Source: Capsulimonadaceae bacterium (GTDB lineage: Bacteria; Armatimonadota; Armatimonadia; Armatimonadales; Capsulimonadaceae). From it: a DNA stretch of 64,000 nt. Location: assembly GCA_965249515.1 (NCBI GenBank), contig OZ252240.1, forward strand, positions 4,150,693 to 4,214,692. Direction: 5' to 3'. This document shows positions 40,929 through 49,740 of this stretch, piece after piece. Every line of letters starts with the position of its first letter. The first letter of the stretch is position 1. The position numbers and the translations under genes are program-made. A model generated the notes under the pieces. That model was given only the letters and a program-made list of their open reading frames with translations, made no database searches and had not been told where the DNA came from.

Positions 40929-42083
40929 TTACTCGTCGAAGTAGACGGCTTTGCCGGTGGACGCCGATTCGTAGATGGCTTCCAAAATCTCGGAGACGAC
41001 CAGCGCCTGCTCGGGCAGGACGACCGGGGCGGTATCGTTGCGGACGGCGGCGATCCAGGCTTTGGCTTCCTCGTAGGCGGGGTCGTTGGACTTGCCTTCG
41101 TAGAATGCGACGCCGTTGGCTGAGGTCTGAATGTTATTCAGGTACAGTGTCGAGCGCTCCTCGCCGTTGATCCGCAGGCCGCCCTTGAAGTCCGCGCCGG
41201 CTTTGGTGCCGGCCAGGACACACTGCGCTTCGGCGGTCTCGACAAGGTTGATCGCCCAGGCGGCTTCGAGCGCGATGGTCGCGCCGTTCTGCATAGTGAT
41301 GAAGCCGAATGCCGAGTCTTCGACCGTGAACTTCTCGGGGTCCCAGGGTCCCCAGGCGTTTGCGGCGTTTTTGGTGCCGGACAGCTTGTGGAAGACGCTG
41401 CCCATGACCGACTTTGGCTTGTAGTTGTCCATCATCCAGAGCGACAGGTCGAGCGAGTGGGTGCCGATGTCAATCAGCGGCCCGCCCCCTTGCTTGTCGC
41501 CGTCGAGGAAGACGCCCCAAGTGGGAACAGCCCGGCGGCGGATCGCCAGCGCTTTGGCGTAGTAGATCTCGCCCAGATCGCCATTCGCGCAGACCGACTT
41601 CAGGTACTTGCTTTCGGCGGTATGCCGGGTCTGGTAGCCGATGGTCAGCTTTTTGCCGGACTTCCGGGCGGCTTCGAGCATCCGGCGGGCGTCGGCAGCC
41701 TTCTTCGCCATGGGCTTTTCGCACATGACATGCTTGCCGGCTTCAAGCGCCGCAATCGTAATGACGGCGTGCGAGTCGTTCGGGGTCAGGACATGAACGA
41801 CATCAATTTTGGGGTCCGACAGCAGCTCCAAATAATCTACATAGACCTTGGCGTCCGCCGTGCCGTATTTCGCGGCGGCCTGCCGCGCTTTTTCCTGGTC
41901 AATGTCGCAGAATGCGACCATTTCGACGCCGGCGACTCTGGCCAGCGACGGCATATGCTTGCCGTTGGCAATGCCGCCCGTTCCGATGATTCCGACTTGG
42001 ATTGTTTGTTCCACGAGATTGAACCGCCTCCTAATGTTTATCTTCGGCTCTAGTTTCACGACCGGGCGCGGAATGTCCTGCAC
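40929..42083 (-). CDS. Gfo/Idh/MocA family oxidoreductase
   Basis: VGIIGTGGIANGKHMPSL Rossmann motif, EKPMA motif. 384 aa. Confidence 0.9.
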   Translation of the reverse strand: MQDIPRPVVKLEPKINIRRRFNLVEQTIQVGIIGTGGIANGKHMPSLARVAGVEMVAFCDIDQEKARQAAAKYGTADAKVYVDYLELLSDPKIDVVHVLTPNDSHAVITIAALEAGKHVMCEKPMAKKAADARRMLEAARKSGKKLTIGYQTRHTAESKYLKSVCANGDLGEIYYAKALAIRRRAVPTWGVFLDGDKQGGGPLIDIGTHSLDLSLWMMDNYKPKSVMGSVFHKLSGTKNAANAWGPWDPEKFTVEDSAFGFITMQNGATIALEAAWAINLVETAEAQCVLAGTKAGADFKGGLRINGEERSTLYLNNIQTSANGVAFYEGKSNDPAYEEAKAWIAAVRNDTAPVVLPEQALVVSEILEAIYESASTGKAVYFDE

Positions 42084-42178
42084 GATTGCAAAAAAAATCC
42101 AGGGATTCGCCGCTTGTCATCGCCCGCCCGCCTGGGGTACAATTCCGAATTGGCATCGGGCGGGGAGGACAGAGGCGG

Positions 42179-42490
42179 ATGAAGCGGTACAAAACGGCGG
42201 TGACGGATTACGAAGGGATGCAAGGCGTTCTGGACACGCACTCGGAGCAGGGCTGGGAGCTGTTTCTGCTCACGCCCGACACCTGGCGGCGCTCGCTGTC
42301 CGAGAACAGCGACCTGGAGCAGTCGCCTTTTGAGGAGCTTGACACGCAAAATCGGGGCACCCGCGAGTATTCGGCATCCTACTACCTGCTCGTCTTCCAG
42401 TGCGACGAAGGCCGCGACACGGTGGAAAGCTACGCCTCCGCCGAGCAGCCGCTCCCCTATAGCGCCGCCCTGCCGGCGTTCGACGAGTAG
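42179..42490 (+). CDS. hypothetical protein (DUF4177-like)
   Basis: MKRYKTAV...HSEQGWELFLL pattern. Start set at the internal ATG with GGGAGG upstream. Confidence 0.45.
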   Translation: MKRYKTAVTDYEGMQGVLDTHSEQGWELFLLTPDTWRRSLSENSDLEQSPFEELDTQNRGTREYSASYYLLVFQCDEGRDTVESYASAEQPLPYSAALPAFDE

Positions 42491-43362
42491 ATAATCTCAA
42501 TCAGCGCTTGAACGCGGGCCGAGACCGGCGTTTTCGGCCAGACCGCCCACACCTCGGCATACAGTGGGGCGTCGGTCTCCACGGTGATACTATGCAGACC
42601 CGCGACTTGAAAGCGCTCCGGGTGCATCGGGGACAGCAGGAGGCCCGCCCCGCTCAGCACCAGCGCGATACAGTTCTGCCCCGGTTCCCGTTCCCGTAGG
42701 TTTGGCGTCAGACCCGCCGCTGCATAGGCCGCGTGGAGGCGGTCGTGATAGTCTGGGCATTCCGGCCTCGGATGCACGATCAGTGTCTCGCGGCTGATGT
42801 CTTCCAGCGACACTGCGGAGCGTGATGCGAGCGGGTGCCTATCCGGCACAATCAGCGACAGCGTCTCTCGGTGCAGCCGCCGGCTTTCGAGTCCAGGCAT
42901 CGGCGCATCGGCGAATGCTAGATCTATCCGCCCCCGCGTGAACATATCCGGCGGAACCGCCCCGGCCCACTGCACGAGGTCAATGCGGACATCGTGGTCC
43001 CGCTCCCGGAGCAGCGCCAGCAGTGGAGGCAGCACTGTTTGCAGCGCCAGCGGCGTATAGGCAAGCCGCAGGCTGCCACGCTCCCGGTCTATGGCCGCCG
43101 CCGTCGCTTCCAGCGCCTCCTCCATCCGGGCCAGTACCGCCCGCGCTTCGGCGACGAACACTCCCCCCGCTGCCGTTAGCGAGACCCGCCGGGTCGTCCG
43201 CGCAAACAGCTTCGCGCCGACAGCGTGTTCCACAGCGATAATTAAGCGTGTCAGCGGCGGCTGTGACATCGTCAGGCGCATCGCGGCCCGCCCGAAGTTC
43301 AGCTCCTCCGCCAGCGCCACCACGGCCCGCAGGTGACCAAGCTCGATCTCGTTTATGTTCAT
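42457..43362 (-). CDS. LysR family transcriptional regulator
   Basis: N-terminal HTH LRAVVALAEELNFGRAAMRLTMSQPPLTR plus a substrate-binding domain. Confidence 0.93.
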   Translation of the reverse strand: MNINEIELGHLRAVVALAEELNFGRAAMRLTMSQPPLTRLIIAVEHAVGAKLFARTTRRVSLTAAGGVFVAEARAVLARMEEALEATAAAIDRERGSLRLAYTPLALQTVLPPLLALLRERDHDVRIDLVQWAGAVPPDMFTRGRIDLAFADAPMPGLESRRLHRETLSLIVPDRHPLASRSAVSLEDISRETLIVHPRPECPDYHDRLHAAYAAAGLTPNLREREPGQNCIALVLSGAGLLLSPMHPERFQVAGLHSITVETDAPLYAEVWAVWPKTPVSARVQALIEIIYSSNAGRAAL

Positions 43363-43466
43363 AGCGTATCAATCGAGGCGAAAATCGAAAAAATCTTTCT
43401 GTCCTTCGCGGTGTTATAATACCAGAACAGCAGCAATTACGCCGCTTTCCACGGAGATAAACACTG

Positions 43467-44396
43467 ATGTCAACAATTTATGATGCCGTCGTAGTCGGCG
43501 GCAGCTTTGCCGGCCTGTCCGCCGCCATGCAGCTTGCCCGCGCTCGCCGGACCGTGCTGATGCTCGATACCGGCCAGCCCCGGAACCGCTTCGCCACGGC
43601 GTCGCACGGTTTTCTTGGGCTGGACGGGCGCTCGCCCCAAGTGATTATGGAGATTGGCCGGGCGCAGCTCCTCGCGTACCCGAACTTCGAGTTTCGGCAG
43701 GCAGAGGCGACAGGCGCGGCGGCAGAAGACGGCGCGTTTACGGTCAGCCTCGCGGGCGGCAGCGTCGTCCGGGCCGAGCGCCTGATCCTTGCGACCGGCC
43801 TCACCGATCACCTGCCCGACGTGCCGGGCATGGTGGAGCTTTGGGGGAAGGGAGTCAATCAGTGTCCGTACTGCCACGGCTACGAAGTCGGGGGCCGACG
43901 GCTCGCCGTGTTCGGGATCGGCCCGACATCGGTGCATCATACGATGGTCGTAGCGGGCTGGAGCGACGATACGACCCTGCTGACCCACGGCGGGGACTGG
44001 CTGACGCCCGAGCACCGCGCAGCGCTCGCGGCCCGGAACATCAAGATTGACGAAACCCCGCTTCGGCGTCTCATTCCTGACGGCCCAGACCTTAAAGCCG
44101 TCGAGTTTACCGATGGCCGAGTTGTCCCCTACGGCGCGATGTTCACCGGCACCCGCTGGTCATTTGCCAGCCCGCTTGGCGAGATGCTGGGCTGCGAGAC
44201 CGAAGACACGCCCTTCGGGCCGATTTTGAAGGTAGACGCGCGAAAAGAAACCACCATTTCCGGCATCTACGCCGCCGGGGACATCTCCAATCCCGCCCCG
44301 AACGCAACACTCGCCTCCGCGTCGGGCTTGACGGCCGGCGTCTCCGCGCACCAATCCCTGCTGGGGCTGACCTTCCCGCTGCCGCCCGCAAAATAG
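43467..44396 (+). CDS. thioredoxin-reductase-like NAD(P)/FAD-dependent oxidoreductase
   Basis: YDAVVVGGSFAGLSAAMQLAR, CPYCHG, YAAGD. Divergent from the LysR gene. Confidence 0.85.
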   Translation: MSTIYDAVVVGGSFAGLSAAMQLARARRTVLMLDTGQPRNRFATASHGFLGLDGRSPQVIMEIGRAQLLAYPNFEFRQAEATGAAAEDGAFTVSLAGGSVVRAERLILATGLTDHLPDVPGMVELWGKGVNQCPYCHGYEVGGRRLAVFGIGPTSVHHTMVVAGWSDDTTLLTHGGDWLTPEHRAALAARNIKIDETPLRRLIPDGPDLKAVEFTDGRVVPYGAMFTGTRWSFASPLGEMLGCETEDTPFGPILKVDARKETTISGIYAAGDISNPAPNATLASASGLTAGVSAHQSLLGLTFPLPPAK

Positions 44397-44401
44397 ACAC
44401 G

Positions 44402-44440
44402 AAAACGCCCCGCTCCTGAAGAAGAGCGGGGCGTTTTGTT
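44402..44440 (+). terminator. rho-independent terminator
   Basis: AAAACGCCCCGCTC ... GAGCGGGGCGTTTT 14-bp stem followed by TTTTGTT. Confidence 0.7.
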
Positions 44441-44446
44441 GGCTGA

Positions 44447-44518
44447 TGGACAGTACAAGATTCGAACTTGTGACCCCTTCGATGTCAACGAAGTGCGCTA
44501 CCACTGCGCCAACTGTCC
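44447..44518 (-). tRNA. tRNA-Val (anticodon GAC)
   Basis: Reverse complement folds as GGACAGT / D arm GCGC-AGTGGTA-GCGC / CTTCG-TTGACAT-CGAAG / ACAAG-TTCGAAT-CTTGT / ACTGTCC-A. CCA is not encoded. Confidence 0.93.
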
Positions 44519-44743
44519 ATTTTAGCTATCAATGAGCGGTAATAACCGTCATATCTTCGTCTCTCTGGGCGTGGTATGTTCGGAAACGAAGTGGGCACAT
44601 TATACCGGCGTTTCCGTGCCGTGTCAAGAGCAGTCGCATAATCTTTTGACTGCTGGCATCTGGTCCGCCGCTCGGGTTCCCTTTTCCCCCCAAGCCTGGG
44701 TATACTGCCCGCAAGTTTGTCCTACGATTAGAAACACAGCGCA

Positions 44744-46369
44744 TTGAAACTTCTGACAGCCAGCCCGATTGACTACATTATTATCGCCGCCTACTTTCTT
44801 GTCGTTCTCGGCATCGGCGCGTTGGTCAGCCGGAAGATGAAAAGCAGCGAAGACTTTTTCGAGTCGGGCCGGTCTCTGCCGGCTTGGATCGCCGGGCTGG
44901 CCCTGATGTCCGCCAACTTGGGGGCGTTCGAGCTGCTCGGCTTTTCCGGGCAGGCCGCCGAGTATGGCCTGATGGCCTGCCACTTTTACTGGCTCGGCGC
45001 GATCCCCGGCATGCTCTTTCTCGGCGTCGTGATGATGCCGTTCTATTACAATTCCAAGATACGCTCGGTGCCCGAGTACCTGCAAAAGCGCTACAACGAG
45101 CCGACACGCGCGGTCAATGCCCTGACATTCGCCGTGAGCACACTGATCTTCTCGGGCGTCTCGATGTACAGCATGGGCCTGATCTTCCATGATTTGCTCG
45201 GCTGGAACATCAATGTCACGATCTGGCTGGCGGCGGGGATCGTGCTGGCCTACACGCTTCTGGGGGGCCTGACCTCGTCTATCTACAACGAAGTCCTGCA
45301 ATTCTTTCTGATTCTGGCTGGGCTGGCCCCGCTGGCCTGGATCGGGCTGCACGCGGTCGGCGGCGCTCATGCCCTGCTCGCACACCTGCCGCCCCCTGAC
45401 CGGCATGTCTGGGCGGGCACCGGCCATGCGGCGACGAACCCAATGCACGTCGCCTGGCCGGCGCTGGTGATGGGCCTCGGCGTGATCCTCGGCCCCGGCT
45501 ACTGGTGTACCGACTTTCTGATCATCCAGCGGGCGCTGGCAGCCAAAGATGTCAACGCCGCCCAGCGGGCGCCGCTGATCGCCGCGTTCCCGAAAGCCCT
45601 GTTTCCGCTCTTGACGGTCCTGCCGGGCCTTATCGCGGTTGTAGTCATCCCCCATTTGGGTGAGAAAAACAACATTGCACTTGGCTATAACAATGCCCTG
45701 CCGCTGTTGATGGGCAAGTTCTACGGGCCGGGTCTGCTCGGGCTGGGGCTGACCGCGATGATGGCGTCGTTTATGTCCGGCATGGCGGGCAACACGACGG
45801 CGTTTAACACGGTTTTCACGTATGATTTGTACCAGGCATATTTTGTCAAAGACAAAGACGATAAGCACTATCTGAATGTCGGACGGGCGGCGACTGTCTT
45901 TGGTATCTTCGCTTCCATCGGCGCGGCCTATCTCGTTTCCAAGGCGCCCTCGATCATGGACTTCGCGCAGGCGGTGTTTGGGTTCGTGAACGCCCCTCTG
46001 CTCGGAACATTTTTGCTTGGGATGTTCTGGAAAAAGACGACGCCCTGGGGGGCGTTTTACGGATTGCTTCTCGGCACGGCTGCCGCCGCCGTCCACTTCA
46101 TCCTGACCGATCACAATATCCTGCACTACGACACGCCGCAGGCGGGCAACTTCACGCGGGCGATTGTCGCGTTCTTCGTGGGAGCCGCCTCTACTCTCCT
46201 GATTAGTTTATTCACCACGCCCCGGCCCGTGGAAGAACTGAAAGGCTACGTCTATTCGGAGACGCCGCGCCCCGAACCCGACGCCCACCGGCCCTGGTAC
46301 GAGCGTCCTGTCGTGCTGGCCGCCGTCGTGATCGTGTTCGTTGTGATATTGAATGTGCTGACCTGGTAG
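44744..46369 (+). CDS. sodium:solute symporter (SSS) family transporter
   Basis: About 13 TM segments. N-terminal DYIIIAAYFLVVLGIG...GRSLPAWIAGLALMSANLGA is typical of SSS. TTG start as in the track. Confidence 0.85.
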   Translation: MKLLTASPIDYIIIAAYFLVVLGIGALVSRKMKSSEDFFESGRSLPAWIAGLALMSANLGAFELLGFSGQAAEYGLMACHFYWLGAIPGMLFLGVVMMPFYYNSKIRSVPEYLQKRYNEPTRAVNALTFAVSTLIFSGVSMYSMGLIFHDLLGWNINVTIWLAAGIVLAYTLLGGLTSSIYNEVLQFFLILAGLAPLAWIGLHAVGGAHALLAHLPPPDRHVWAGTGHAATNPMHVAWPALVMGLGVILGPGYWCTDFLIIQRALAAKDVNAAQRAPLIAAFPKALFPLLTVLPGLIAVVVIPHLGEKNNIALGYNNALPLLMGKFYGPGLLGLGLTAMMASFMSGMAGNTTAFNTVFTYDLYQAYFVKDKDDKHYLNVGRAATVFGIFASIGAAYLVSKAPSIMDFAQAVFGFVNAPLLGTFLLGMFWKKTTPWGAFYGLLLGTAAAAVHFILTDHNILHYDTPQAGNFTRAIVAFFVGAASTLLISLFTTPRPVEELKGYVYSETPRPEPDAHRPWYERPVVLAAVVIVFVVILNVLTW

Positions 46370-46388
46370 AGAGGTCTTGGAGTGCCGC

Positions 46389-47324
46389 CTAAGCGGAGAT
46401 CGTCCGAGCTTCTTCCCTCAGCCGCTCCGCATCTTTCTTGGGGGGTACGCCGAACAGGCTTTTGTATTCCCGGCTGAAGTGCGCCGGATCGTCATAGCCC
46501 ACGCAGAAACCGGCCTCCGCGGCATCAAGCGCCTCATAAAGCATCAGTCGGCGGGCTTCTTGCAGCCGCATCCGCTTCTGAAATTGCAGCGGACTCAGGC
46601 CGATGACCGCCTTGAAATGGGAATGGAAGCTGGAAATGCTCATCCCTAATTCTTTCGCAACATCTTCAACCCGCAGGGGCTGAGCGAGACTTGCCCGCAG
46701 CTTTTCGGCGGCTCGTGCGATGTAATGGCTGTCGCTGCCCTGGCCTGCCATGCGGCGAAGCTGGCTGCCCCGCTCCCCGAGGAGCAGGCGGTAAATCATC
46801 TCCCGTGTAATGAGCGGCGCGAGAACTTTTGCTTCAGCCGGAGCATCGAGGAGCCTGACGAGCCGCACTACGGCATCCAGCAGGCCCGTGTCAAGCGGGC
46901 CGGTGTTCAGAGCCTTCACCTGAGTAGCCTCCGGGAGCGAGGAGAGCGCGGCCTCGGCGGCGACCGAACGTACCAGGGCCATGTCAAGTTCCAGATGAAG
47001 GCTGAGGTACGGCTGCTCCTTGCTCGCTTCCAGCACCCAGCTCACGACGGGCACCTCGACCGTAATGAGAAGATAATGGGCAGGGTCATGGCGGTAGCGG
47101 TCACTGCCCACAAGTACCTCCTTGCTGCCCTGCGCGACCATGCAAAGGGCAGGACCATGCAAGCCATGAACCGACACCAGTGGCGAGGAATTGCGCTGCA
47201 AGTGCAGCCCCGGTAGGGGGTTTGCTGCCCCGTCCTCACGCATGGTTTTTGCGATACAGTCTACAAGCTCTTCTTTGCTGGCCTGCACCCTTTGCTCCTC
47301 GCGTTTTTCCATTTTTTGGTTCAT
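46389..47324 (-). CDS. AraC family transcriptional regulator
   Basis: C-terminal HTH_18 region (VEDVAKELGMSISSFHSHFK...GYDDPAHFSREYK). Confidence 0.9.
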   Translation of the reverse strand: MNQKMEKREEQRVQASKEELVDCIAKTMREDGAANPLPGLHLQRNSSPLVSVHGLHGPALCMVAQGSKEVLVGSDRYRHDPAHYLLITVEVPVVSWVLEASKEQPYLSLHLELDMALVRSVAAEAALSSLPEATQVKALNTGPLDTGLLDAVVRLVRLLDAPAEAKVLAPLITREMIYRLLLGERGSQLRRMAGQGSDSHYIARAAEKLRASLAQPLRVEDVAKELGMSISSFHSHFKAVIGLSPLQFQKRMRLQEARRLMLYEALDAAEAGFCVGYDDPAHFSREYKSLFGVPPKKDAERLREEARTISA

Positions 47325-47557
47325 TTAGAGAATTATACAATATATTTCCAGGATTATTCAACGAAACACGCCTACCCATGCATTATAATTAAACCAAAGA
47401 ACCGGACAGGATCAGGAGATCGTGATGAAAATCCGCAGTCTCATATTATTGAGACTCGGTGTTTCAAGTCAAGCGATATGTGGAGACTCTGTAGCACGAA
47501 TCGAAAAAGAGCGTTCTGTTTTTTATTGTAAGCGACAAACACAACAAGGAGACGATC

Positions 47558-48271
47558 ATGAAATCAATACTGATGGTGCTTACGGGCGCCAAGACCTGGA
47601 CCATGAAGGATGGCACAGCGCACCCGACGGGGTTCTGGGCCGAGGAGTTTATCGAGCCGCACAAGGTTTTCACGGACGCGGGGCTGAAAGTCACCCTTGC
47701 AACCCCCGGCGGCGTCACGCCCGTCGTGGATGCTCTCAGCCTCTCGCTCGGCATGAACAACAATGACGCAGACAATGTTGCCGGTCAGCAAGCATACCTC
47801 AAGCAGGCGGAGGCGGTGCTGGCCGCGTCGGTGAAACTCGAAGACGTGCAGGCCGGCTCCTACGATGCGGTGTTCGTCCCCGGCGGACACGGGCCGATGC
47901 AGGACCTGGCGGTGCATCCGACCTTCGGCGAGTTCCTTGCCGCGATGCTGGATGACCCCAGCAAAGTCGTCGGTGCCGTTTGTCATGGCCCGGCCAGTTT
48001 CCTGCCCGCGCACCGCGCCGACGGAAGCTGGCTGTTCAAAGGCCGTGCGCTGACCGGGTTCAGCAACGAAGAAGAAACACTGGCGACGTTTGCCGGCAAC
48101 GCACCCTGGCTCCTGGAAGACCGGCTGCGCCTGGCTGGGTCCAGGTATGAAGCCGGCACGGCGTGGGGCGTCAATGTCGTCGTAGACGGCAACCTCATCA
48201 CGGGACAGAACCCGGCCTCCGCCGAAGCGTCGGCCAACGCCGTGCTGAAGCAGCTCGGCAGCCTGGCCTGA
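47558..48271 (+). CDS. DJ-1/PfpI-type class I glutamine amidotransferase-like protein
   Basis: YDAVFVPGGHGPMQDL, VGAVCHGPA nucleophile elbow. Confidence 0.85.
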   Translation: MKSILMVLTGAKTWTMKDGTAHPTGFWAEEFIEPHKVFTDAGLKVTLATPGGVTPVVDALSLSLGMNNNDADNVAGQQAYLKQAEAVLAASVKLEDVQAGSYDAVFVPGGHGPMQDLAVHPTFGEFLAAMLDDPSKVVGAVCHGPASFLPAHRADGSWLFKGRALTGFSNEEETLATFAGNAPWLLEDRLRLAGSRYEAGTAWGVNVVVDGNLITGQNPASAEASANAVLKQLGSLA

Positions 48272-48282
48272 GAGACTTTGCA

Positions 48283-48318
48283 AAGAGTCCCCCCAATAAT
48301 GGGGCTGGGGGGACTCTT
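48283..48318 (+). terminator. terminator-like hairpin
   Basis: AAGAGTCCCCCC ... GGGGGGACTCTT 12-bp stem. Weak T tract. Confidence 0.35.
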
Positions 48319-48391
48319 ATGGGCCTTTTACTCAGCTTCTTAAGCCGAAACATACTGATAGTGTACGCGGCTGATGCAATTGGAGGGCAAG

Positions 48392-49240
48392 ATGAAGAAT
48401 GTTTTGATTACGGGTGCAGCCACCGGCCTGGGACACGGGACGGCGATGCAGCTTGCGGAGAAAGGGTTCGATGTCATTGCCGCTGTCGAGATTTACGCGC
48501 AGGTCCAGCCTCTCAAGCGCGAAGCGGCGGCGCGAGGTCTCAGCCTCCAGGTGGAGAAGCTGGACGTGACGGTGGACGGAGATCGCAAAAAGGCCCTGTC
48601 GTGGGGTGTGGAAATTCTAGTGAACAACGCCGGTGTCCTCGAAGGCGGATCGGTTTTGGACGTTCCCGGCTCCAATATGCGCCATGAATTTGAGGTCAAC
48701 GTCATCGGGCCGCTGCTGCTGACGCAAGGAATCGCAAAGCAGATGGTTAAGCGGGGCGAAGGGCGGATTATCTGGGTCTCCTCGCGGGAGGGCATCAATG
48801 TCAACCCCTTCACCGGAATCTACTCTGCCTCGAAGCACGCCGTTGAAGCCATTGCCGAGACGATGAGCGCGGAGCTTCAGGAGTTTGGAATTGAAGTCGC
48901 CACAATCAACCCCGGCCCGTTCCTGACAGGCTTCAATGATCGCGGCTTTCAGACCTGGGAAGGCTGGGAGGATAACCCCGCCGAGCGCCTGTTCGATTAC
49001 TCGAAGCTGGCGTTCCCGAGAGCGCAGTACGACCCGGAAATCATGATCAAAACGATGACCGCCGTGGTCGCGGGCGAGATTGACAGCTACCGTAACCTCG
49101 AACCCAAGTCTATGCTTGAAGAGACCAAGAAGAATATCGAAGCACCCTGGACGAAGAAGACGCGGGAAGGTTTGGGTACTCGGCCTGCCAATCTTCAGAA
49201 GTGCTACGAAATGCAGCCTGAGACACCTGTGTCCGAGTGA
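48392..49240 (+). CDS. SDR family oxidoreductase
   Basis: VLITGAATGLGHG, NNAG, YSASKHAVEA. Start at the ATG 5 nt after GGAGGG. Confidence 0.9.
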   Translation: MKNVLITGAATGLGHGTAMQLAEKGFDVIAAVEIYAQVQPLKREAAARGLSLQVEKLDVTVDGDRKKALSWGVEILVNNAGVLEGGSVLDVPGSNMRHEFEVNVIGPLLLTQGIAKQMVKRGEGRIIWVSSREGINVNPFTGIYSASKHAVEAIAETMSAELQEFGIEVATINPGPFLTGFNDRGFQTWEGWEDNPAERLFDYSKLAFPRAQYDPEIMIKTMTAVVAGEIDSYRNLEPKSMLEETKKNIEAPWTKKTREGLGTRPANLQKCYEMQPETPVSE

Positions 49241-49300
49241 ACGTGAACCATTGCTTTGACCGCTGCGGGGAGGCTCTCGGGACCGAGTTGCTGCCAAAAC

Positions 49301-49330
49301 TTGACACCGTCTTTCGGGGCGTGGTATACT
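49301..49330 (+). promoter_or_regulatory. sigma70-like promoter upstream of rpsU (TTGACA, 18 bp spacer, TATACT)
   Basis: TTGACA at 49301-49306. TGG-TATACT at 49322-49330. Confidence 0.45.
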
Positions 49331-49401
49331 ACGACGTTCCCAACTGCTCCTGACAGGGGTGGGGAAAGAATTAAATTTCAATGCGGGGGGGGTGGAATAG
49401 G

Positions 49402-49605
49402 TTGACCCAGATCCAGGTTCGGCCCAACGAGTCACTTGACAGTGCTTTGAAGCGCTTCAAGAAGCAGCTTCAGCAAACCGGCATCCTAAAAGAAGCGCGG
49501 GAGCATGAGCACTACGAAAAGCCAAGCGACAAAAACCGCAAGGCCAAAGCAGCCGCAATTCGCAAGATGAAGCGCAATGAAGAAAAAGAAGGCATGAATA
49601 AGTAG
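49402..49605 (+). CDS. rpsU: 30S ribosomal protein S21
   Basis: (M)TQIQVRPNESLDSALKRFKKQ...HYEKPSDKNRKAKAAAIRK is colinear with E. coli S21. A TTG start is inferred. Confidence 0.88.
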   Translation: MTQIQVRPNESLDSALKRFKKQLQQTGILKEAREHEHYEKPSDKNRKAKAAAIRKMKRNEEKEGMNK

Positions 49606-49740
49606 CCTTTCCCGGCGCTCCCCTCGCGACAGGCGGGAGGGGGCGCCTTTCCCCTATTGGTAGAAACTTGGCGCTGCGCTCCTGTCCTCGGAACTTTCTT
49701 CCGTTCTTCGGAGTTCGCTTCCGGCAGCTCCTCATGCCCT

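Noticed and set aside
44400-44750. Checked the tRNA-Val and tRNA-Sec flanks for integrase genes or att-like direct repeats that would indicate an integrated element.
   Set aside because: There is no integrase or recombinase ORF, and no duplicated tRNA 3' segment was seen nearby.
44624-46126. 500-aa minus-strand ORF.
   Set aside because: It is a shadow ORF opposite the SSS transporter. It is Arg/Gln/Asp-rich with no domain signature.
49331-49401. The 70-nt G-rich leader upstream of rpsU as a possible regulatory RNA.
   Set aside because: No convincing conserved structure was visible by eye. It is noted only as a 5' UTR.
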